Assembly: GCA_964637525.1 (NCBI GenBank)
Contig: CAZWUG010000002.1
Coordinates: 1 to 41,052, forward strand
Reading direction: 5' to 3'
Source: an uncultured Gammaproteobacteria bacterium
Lineage (GTDB): Bacteria > Patescibacteriota > Microgenomatia > UBA12405
Length of the DNA: 41,052 nucleotides
Shown: one piece after another, positions 35,517-41,052 of the stretch
Layout: each line of letters begins with the position of its first letter
Position numbering within the stretch: the stretch's first letter is position 1
The notes under the pieces: generated by a model
What the model was told of the DNA's origin: nothing
Database searches by the model: none
Seen by the model: only the letters and a program-made list of their open reading frames with translations
Translations under genes and position numbers: made by a program

Positions 35517-35932
35517 TGGATTCTTTTCATTACATACCACTCCCTATTAAAGATATTTCAGGAAACATTGTTGGACAGGTTTTTAAGCCTATGATTATGG
35601 TAAAACTATGTTTTAATCATAAAATCTCACCATATCCTATTTCTTGTCTATTAGATTCCGGATCAGACATGAATTTATTTCCAGCATATTTTGCCCAGAA
35701 TATTGGCATTAATTTAAAAAATGGTAAAGAAATAAGTATCAGGGGCATTGGCGATATAGAAATTAAAGCATACAGACATAAAGTAAATTTATATTTGGAT
35801 AAAGTAAAATTTGAAACCATAGTTGATTTTAGTCATGATCAACAACTCCCATTATTAGGGAGGTTCGGTTTTTTCGACCATTTTAATAAAATAATTTTTC
35901 AAGAAAAAGATAAACTAGTAAAATTAACCTGA
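35516..35932 (+). CDS. Retropepsin-like (clan AA) aspartic peptidase
   Basis: Catalytic LLDSGSD motif, an IRGIGD flap-like segment and a C-terminal LPLLGRFGFFDHF, as in single-domain bacterial retropepsin-like proteases. 138 aa. Confidence 0.65.
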   Translation: MDSFHYIPLPIKDISGNIVGQVFKPMIMVKLCFNHKISPYPISCLLDSGSDMNLFPAYFAQNIGINLKNGKEISIRGIGDIEIKAYRHKVNLYLDKVKFETIVDFSHDQQLPLLGRFGFFDHFNKIIFQEKDKLVKLT

Positions 35933-35954
35933 TTATCCATTTTCTCTTAAAACC

Positions 35955-35982
35955 TTGTTTCCATTTTTTCCTATGTTATAAT
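35955..35982 (+). promoter_or_regulatory. Putative sigma-70 promoter of rplU-rpmA (extended -10)
   Basis: TTGTTT (35955-35960), 16-nt spacer, TGt at 35974-35976, TATAAT (35977-35982). The -10 ends only 8 nt before the ATG at 35991. Confidence 0.45.
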
Positions 35983-35990
35983 CGAAAAGT

Positions 35991-36305
35991 ATGAAATACG
36001 CCGTTATCGCCATTGCTGGCTCTCAATTCAAAATTGAAGAAAACCAAAAATTATCTGTCAATAATTTAAACCTTAAGGAAGGCGAAAAATCAACTTGTGA
36101 CCAGGTTCTTTTAACTGCCGACGATAAAGATATTAAAGTTGGCACCCCAACCGTACCAAAAGCTTCTGTTGAATTTACCGTTCTTAAAAACTACAAAGAC
36201 GAAAAAGTCAGAGTTTTTAAATACAAACAAAAATCACGTTATCGCAAAACTCGTGGTTTCCGAGCTCAACTCACCGAAATCCAAATTAATAAAATTACTT
36301 TTTAA
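35991..36305 (+). CDS. rplU: 50S ribosomal protein L21
   Basis: MKYAVIAIAGSQFKIEENQKL...VFKYKQKSRYRKTRGFRAQLTEIQI matches bL21. Confidence 0.95.
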   Translation: MKYAVIAIAGSQFKIEENQKLSVNNLNLKEGEKSTCDQVLLTADDKDIKVGTPTVPKASVEFTVLKNYKDEKVRVFKYKQKSRYRKTRGFRAQLTEIQINKITF

Positions 36306-36341
36306 CTACGATCTATCATCTACGATCTAAAAAACTAATTT

Positions 36342-36593
36342 ATGGCACATACAAAATCACAAGGTAAAACAAATCAAAAAACCAATCGACCCGGTCAGCG
36401 TCGTGGAGTAAAAAAATTTGGCGGTCAAAAAACTGAAGTCGGTCAAATTATCGTCCGCCAGGTTGGATCAAGTTTCCATGCCGGAGATGGTGTCAAAACA
36501 GGAAAAGATTACACTCTCTATGCTGTTAAACCCGGAATCATCAAATTCTTCAAAAAATTAGGGAAAAATTTTGTTTCTGTTGTCAAGAAATAA
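36342..36593 (+). CDS. rpmA: 50S ribosomal protein L27
   Basis: MAHTKSQGKT...GVKKFGGQKTEVGQIIVRQVGSSFHAGDGVKTGKDYTLYA matches bL27. There is no N-terminal propeptide. Confidence 0.95.
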   Translation: MAHTKSQGKTNQKTNRPGQRRGVKKFGGQKTEVGQIIVRQVGSSFHAGDGVKTGKDYTLYAVKPGIIKFFKKLGKNFVSVVKK

Positions 36594-36736
36594 ATAAAAT
36601 AAGTTGCCTTTTTTAAGGCGAAGTCCCACGACAGCGGGAGGAATATCACGAAGTGACAAAGGGTTTCTTATTTTGACTTCATTTGAGCTATTTTTGTCTC
36701 CTTTTTTCACGAGCTTTTTCATAGTAACCTATTTCT

Positions 36737-37594
36737 ATGATGAAACAAGTTAGTCAAATCCCCACTAATCAATTAGAACCAAATCCACTCCAACCTCGCG
36801 GCATAATCTCTCCAGAATCAATTAATGAATTAGTTGATTCCATTAAAGAACATGGCATATTAGAGCCATTAATCGTGGCTAAAACTCCAGCCGGGTATCA
36901 AATAATTGCTGGCGAACGCCGTTGGCGTGCCGCCAGATTTCTAAAATTGGAATACGTTCCCGCTATTATTAAAGAAACCAATCCACAGCAAATGTTGGAA
37001 ATGGCCATTGTCGAAAATGTTCAGAGAAAAGACTTAAATCCTATTGAACGAGCTAAAGCTTTCTTGCGTTTAAAAGACGAATTTAATTTTGATAACCATC
37101 AAATTGCCAAAAAAGTCAGCAAAAGTATCCCTTATGTTATCAACTGTCTCAAACTATTATCTCTTCCCGATGCTATTAAAGATGGCCTGCTTTCGGGGCT
37201 TATCAGTGAAGGCCACGCCCGGGCCCTATCTAGTATTGGAGATACACGTTTAACCATTGAAGCCTATAAAATCGTTCTTAAAGAAAAAGCTTCCGTCAGG
37301 CGGGCTGAAGACATCGCCAGACGAATGAAAAAAAAGATAGAAGAGGGAAGTGTTCCCATAACAAAAGAAAATCTCCCTCAATTTTTAAGATCAAAACTAG
37401 ATAATATTAGTACAGATTTTAGAGATTTTTTTGATGACAAAACCACTAACGTCAAAATTGTTCAAACTAATGTCGTCACTCAAATAACTTTTCAATTTAA
37501 AGGCGATATCGACCAACGTTTCCAAAATCTAAAAGAACTCTACCGGCAAGTCTGTAAAAAAGAATTAACCAATCTCAACTCAGAAGAAAATTAA
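36737..37594 (+). CDS. parB: ParB/Spo0J-family partition protein (no adjacent parA)
   Basis: LEPNPLQPR, GILEPLIV, IIAGERRWRAA (CTP-binding box) and an HTH region with QIAKKVSKSIPYVINCLKLL. Confidence 0.9.
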   Translation: MMKQVSQIPTNQLEPNPLQPRGIISPESINELVDSIKEHGILEPLIVAKTPAGYQIIAGERRWRAARFLKLEYVPAIIKETNPQQMLEMAIVENVQRKDLNPIERAKAFLRLKDEFNFDNHQIAKKVSKSIPYVINCLKLLSLPDAIKDGLLSGLISEGHARALSSIGDTRLTIEAYKIVLKEKASVRRAEDIARRMKKKIEEGSVPITKENLPQFLRSKLDNISTDFRDFFDDKTTNVKIVQTNVVTQITFQFKGDIDQRFQNLKELYRQVCKKELTNLNSEEN

Positions 37595-38181
37595 AATGCC
37601 ACTTTTGGCACGATAGATACTTCAGATAATGGCCAATAAACCAAAAAGGCTTTACCAATTATTAAGCTTCTATCAATTGGACCAAATTCCCGCCCATCTC
37701 TAGAATTTGGCCTATTATCCCCAAAACACAAATATTGTCCTTCAGGGACTGTTACTTCAACCCCTTCCTGAGCATACTCCCCAGCCTCTGTATAAACCCC
37801 ATCCGGTAAAAATGACTGGTCTAATTTTTCTCCATTCAAATAAACTCCGCCACCTTTCACCATTACCGTATCACCCGGTAAACCAATCACTCGTTTAATA
37901 TACTCACATTCATCAGCGGAGCACGGTTCAGAAGAAGGAGCCTTAAAAATCACTACATCACCCCTTTTTGGTTTCCCAAATTGATATGACAATTTTTCTG
38001 TTAATAAATATTCTCTATCTTTAAAATTAGGATACATGGAACTCCCCTTAACTTCATTTGGCTGAGCCACAAATAAATACATCACCACAAATACAGATAA
38101 TGCTAAAACAATTGATTGGATAAATTCAAGTAAAAAATTACCAAAGCTAAAACCCGCCTGACTTATATACTTATTTTTCAT
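37591..38181 (-). CDS. lepB: Signal peptidase I (S26)
   Basis: TM anchor, GSSMYPNF (Ser nucleophile), YIKRVIGLPGD (Lys box) and GDNRPNSRDGREFGPI. Confidence 0.9.
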   Translation of the reverse strand: MKNKYISQAGFSFGNFLLEFIQSIVLALSVFVVMYLFVAQPNEVKGSSMYPNFKDREYLLTEKLSYQFGKPKRGDVVIFKAPSSEPCSADECEYIKRVIGLPGDTVMVKGGGVYLNGEKLDQSFLPDGVYTEAGEYAQEGVEVTVPEGQYLCFGDNRPNSRDGREFGPIDRSLIIGKAFLVYWPLSEVSIVPKVAF

Positions 38182-38196
38182 ACTTCAAATTCTAGC

Positions 38197-38205
38197 TGAT
38201 ATAAT
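38197..38205 (+). promoter_or_regulatory. Possible extended -10 element (TGaTATAAT) for tRNA-Val/ispG
   Basis: TGATATAAT lies 29 nt upstream of the tRNA 5' end, in the divergent lepB/tRNA spacer. There is no convincing -35. Confidence 0.3.
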
Positions 38206-38233
38206 TACAAAATACTAGGAATTTAAAATTCAC

Positions 38234-38306
38234 GGTCGCTTAGCTCAGTTGGTAGAGCACTGCATTCACATTGCAGTTGTCACAGGTTCGAGTCCTGTAG
38301 CGACCA
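38234..38306 (+). tRNA. tRNA-Val (anticodon CAC), CCA not encoded
   Basis: Hand-folded cloverleaf: acceptor GGTCGCT/AGCGACC, D-arm GCTC-AGTTGGTA-GAGC, anticodon arm CTGCA-TTCACAT-TGCAG, variable loop TTGTC, T-arm ACAGG-TTCGAGT-CCTGT, discriminator A. 73 nt. Confidence 0.9.
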
Positions 38307-38344
38307 CAAAAAATGGAAAATGATTTTTCTACGACCTAATCATT

Positions 38345-39385
38345 ATGACAAAAACTCGCACCATTCAAATTGGTAACCTTAAAATCGGCGGCAATAACCC
38401 CATCCGTGTTCAATCAATGTGTAACACTGACACTCGTGACGCATCTGCCACTATCAAACAAATATCAGAACTGGAACAAGCCGGCTGCGAAATTATCCGG
38501 GTTGCTATCCCGGACATGACTGCTGCCAAAGCTATTAAAGATATCAAAAAAAATATTCACATTCCCTTAGTTGCCGACATTCATTTTGATTATCAATTGG
38601 CCCTAGAATCTATTAAAAACGGAATCGACAAAGTTCGCATTAATCCTGGAAATATAGGCAAAATTGAAAATGTTCAAAAAGTTGTGGATGCTTGTAAAGA
38701 TAAAAACATTCCTATTCGTATTGGTATAAATACCGGATCTCTTGAAAAAGAAACCGAGGAAAAATATGGTCGCACCGCCAAAGCCATGGTTGAAAGTGCT
38801 CTAAAACACATTCAAATTTTAGAAAAATTAAATTTTCACCACATTGTTATCTCCATGAAAGCTTCCGACATTCAAAGAACAGTTGAAGCTTATCGGCTTC
38901 TATCCCGAAAAGTCGATTACCCACTTCACCTCGGTATTACTGAAGCAGGTACTTTAAATATTGGCACTGTCAAAAGTTCCGTCGGATTGGGAATCATGCT
39001 TTTTGAAGGCTTAGGTGACACCATTCGGGTATCTCTAACCGGAAATCCGATTGAAGAAGTTCGCGTTGGTTGGGAAATTTTAAAATCACTTAAACTTCGA
39101 AATAGGGGAGTCAATTTAATCTCCTGTCCAACTTGTGGTCGAACTGAGATTAATTTAATCGGTCTTGCCAATAAAGTTGAAAAAGCTTTACTCACAATAG
39201 ACAAGCCAATTACTGTTGCTGTTATGGGTTGTGTTGTCAATGGCCCAGGTGAAGCCAAAGAAGCTGATATTGGCATCGCCGGTGGCCATCATCAAGGTGT
39301 AATTTTCAAAAAAGGCCAAATGCTATACACTGTCCCTGAAAACAAAATTCTCCCTTCTCTTTTGTCAGAAATTGAAAAACTTTAA
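38345..39385 (+). CDS. ispG: 4-hydroxy-3-methylbut-2-en-1-yl diphosphate synthase (flavodoxin), IspG/GcpE
   Basis: IGGNNPIRVQSMCNTDT, RINPGNIG, and the C-terminal 4Fe-4S ligands in ISCPTCGRT...MGCVVNGPGE. Confidence 0.95.
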   Translation: MTKTRTIQIGNLKIGGNNPIRVQSMCNTDTRDASATIKQISELEQAGCEIIRVAIPDMTAAKAIKDIKKNIHIPLVADIHFDYQLALESIKNGIDKVRINPGNIGKIENVQKVVDACKDKNIPIRIGINTGSLEKETEEKYGRTAKAMVESALKHIQILEKLNFHHIVISMKASDIQRTVEAYRLLSRKVDYPLHLGITEAGTLNIGTVKSSVGLGIMLFEGLGDTIRVSLTGNPIEEVRVGWEILKSLKLRNRGVNLISCPTCGRTEINLIGLANKVEKALLTIDKPITVAVMGCVVNGPGEAKEADIGIAGGHHQGVIFKKGQMLYTVPENKILPSLLSEIEKL

Positions 39386-41052
39386 TCTCTTAACGACTCC
39401 ATTCCATATCCGCTAGCTAACACTATTACCATTGAATAACTTGTTTCCAAGTTTTCACCTGACAGTTCAACAACTCTATTCTTCAAGTCATCCAACACTG
39501 CCAAACTAACTGCCGCATTATGACTAATTTGAGAAAAACTAGACTTATTTTTTACCTCATTTTCAATAAAATTTACATAATCAAATAATGAATTAAAATT
39601 ATTTATACCCTTATCCCACCCAATTAAATTCGACAATTCAAACAAATCATTTAAAATCCGCTGACTCACAATTCTTTCATTATTAACTTTTCTATACTCA
39701 AAAACCTGAACCGCCACTTTAGTCAAAAAATTACTATCAAGATCTGTTACTACACTATTTAACTCTAACGAATTTAAATCGATTCTAATTTGCTCCCTCA
39801 AAAAATCCTCACTATTTTTATTTACATCACCAACTATATGCCCATCACCAAAATTAACTGAAACCACATCAGTCGCTCCCATACCCACTTCTTTTTCCAC
39901 ATAATTCCATTTATTTTCTTTTGTATTTCCCAAAACCAAATGAACTAACCCACTTCCAATGGGCGATAGTATCAAATTACACTCGTCATAATTATTACTT
40001 TTAGCCACAATAAATCCATCATTTTCCACAAAAACATCACTCCCACATTTAAGTTCAGCTGTCGCTGGCGAACCCACAAAAACCACCAGGCTATCTTTAA
40101 AATTATCACTGTATGTAAAATTAATTGTTTTATTTTCCAACCCCAATTTATCAGCCACCACAGACACTGAATCACTAACAATTGCTCCATGATCAGTAAT
40201 CAATTCTGATTGATTGTCAGCCCCAAAAGAAGCACTACTCTTCAACACTGTCTTATCACCTTCACCTTTAGAAAAACTTAATAACCTTCCATCAGGCCAC
40301 AAATCTAAAAGTTCGTCATAAAGCGATCTATCCCCTAATTTTAAAAATTCTGGAGTAGACATACCCGCTCCCACCACCGAAGTTAATTTATTAGATATAC
40401 TAGAAATACCATTATTTTTATCTGATAAATAATTATTAAAACTATTTAAATTATTCCAAGAAACAACATTATTATTTTTTAACACATAATCAAAAGTTGG
40501 CAATAAATCTTTTACTACTGGAGCAAAACTGCGAATTTTACTCAAATCTGTTACCAAAAAACCCTTATTTTGTAATCCCAATAATATCTGAAAAGCAATA
40601 GAACTTATCCCATCATATTCCAACACTTCTCCTCCATTCCACACCGAATAAGCATCTAATGAACCCAAATTCGGTGACCCTAAATTAATCACCCTTTTTA
40701 TATTCCCATTATCCTTATTCTCTTGTGCCCACAATCTGGCCACAACCCCACCTAAACTATGGCCTACCAAATAAATATCATCATCGCTAGTTAATCCCTT
40801 ACTATTAACAAAACTATTAAATTTATCCTTTATTTCTTCAACAGATTTTCGCCAATCATAATTCCATACAAAATAATCCTGATCTTTTACTAAACCATTT
40901 TTATCCAACAATTCTATTAACCCATCATAGTTATTAACAAATGGCGTCATTTTCCAATCATTATCACTTACATTATTACCATAAACAATTGCCCTGGAAT
41001 TCCAACTGGCTCCCAAACCAGGCAGCACAAAAATTTTCTTTTTTCTTGCAAT
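39382..41052 (-). CDS. Alpha/beta hydrolase, LCAT/PGAP1-like lipase family, with a long uncharacterised C-terminal region (5'-partial, N-terminus beyond window end)
   Basis: The reading frame is open to the window edge (...IARKKKIFVLPGLGASWN). It has a YDWRKS motif and the nucleophile elbow LVGHSLGG. About 350 further residues have no recognisable motif. Confidence 0.65.
   Translation of the reverse strand: MARKKKIFVLPGLGASWNSRAIVYGNNVSDNDWKMTPFVNNYDGLIELLDKNGLVKDQDYFVWNYDWRKSVEEIKDKFNSFVNSKGLTSDDDIYLVGHSLGGVVARLWAQENKDNGNIKRVINLGSPNLGSLDAYSVWNGGEVLEYDGISSIAFQILLGLQNKGFLVTDLSKIRSFAPVVKDLLPTFDYVLKNNNVVSWNNLNSFNNYLSDKNNGISSISNKLTSVVGAGMSTPEFLKLGDRSLYDELLDLWPDGRLLSFSKGEGDKTVLKSSASFGADNQSELITDHGAIVSDSVSVVADKLGLENKTINFTYSDNFKDSLVVFVGSPATAELKCGSDVFVENDGFIVAKSNNYDECNLILSPIGSGLVHLVLGNTKENKWNYVEKEVGMGATDVVSVNFGDGHIVGDVNKNSEDFLREQIRIDLNSLELNSVVTDLDSNFLTKVAVQVFEYRKVNNERIVSQRILNDLFELSNLIGWDKGINNFNSLFDYVNFIENEVKNKSSFSQISHNAAVSLAVLDDLKNRVVELSGENLETSYSMVIVLASGYGMESLRD

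Noticed and set aside
36644-36716. parS-like fragments (TCACGAAGTGA and TTTCACGAG) upstream of parB
   Set aside because: Neither reconstitutes the 16-bp palindromic parS. Only 4-nt arms or a single half-site match.
36604-36754. 50-codon TTG-initiated ORF (LPFLRRSPTTAGGISRSDKGFLILTSFELFLSPFFTSFFIVTYFYDETS) in the rpmA-parB spacer
   Set aside because: It has no ATG, no RBS or promoter support, overlaps the parB start out of frame, and has a composition typical of random AT-rich translation.
1-41052. Alternative genetic code (UGA recoding, as in some CPR lineages)
   Set aside because: All conserved genes are intact under the standard code. TGA functions as a stop at well-defined gene ends (3290-3292, 19620-19622, 35930-35932).
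1-41052. CRISPR arrays, insertion sequences, prophage or integrase next to tRNA-Val
   Set aside because: I saw no regularly spaced direct repeats, no transposase/integrase/recombinase-like ORF and no terminal inverted repeats. tRNA-Val is followed directly by ispG.

Overview
A 41-kb, AT-rich, almost gap-free bacterial chromosomal segment with 39 CDS (35 on the + strand, 4 on the - strand) and one tRNA. It uses the standard genetic code, since TGA serves as a stop. No CRISPR array, transposase, integrase or rRNA was seen. The gene content and style look like a small-genome CPR/Patescibacteria-type organism (inference only): a DUF4012 protein, miniature FtsL/FtsQ-like proteins, a rearranged mur/dcw cluster, and many 1-nt and 4-nt gene overlaps.

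Layout:
- 1-5888: glycan-synthesis genes (two GT4 glycosyltransferases, a ManC-like nucleotidyltransferase, a priming sugar transferase, DUF4012).
- 5888-9505: recO, a lone minus-strand orphan gene, a T-box leader with glyQS, and a lipoprotein.
- 9505-25721: a non-canonical dcw cluster in the order rsmH, ftsL-like, ftsI, N-terminally truncated murE-like ligase, Bpt/ATE-like aminoacyl-tRNA transferase, Mpl/MurC-like ligase, murA, mraY, leaderless NlpC/P60, LysW-like Zn-ribbon (minus strand, missed by the ORF track), fold-II PLP enzyme, ATP-grasp ligase, ftsW, murG, ftsQ-like, ftsA, ftsZ.
- 25744-31352: a PRTase, a 91-aa protein and a 1526-aa repeat-containing protein with a C-terminal HD domain.
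- 31494-41052: ileS, rodA, a small-protein/retropepsin-like pair, rplU, rpmA, orphan parB, lepB, tRNA-Val, ispG and a partial LCAT-like hydrolase.

The most interesting candidates are the LysW-like/PLP/ATP-grasp trio and the Bpt-like transferase embedded in the mur operon, the giant repeat/HD protein locus, and a glyQS T-box that appears to gate translation rather than termination.
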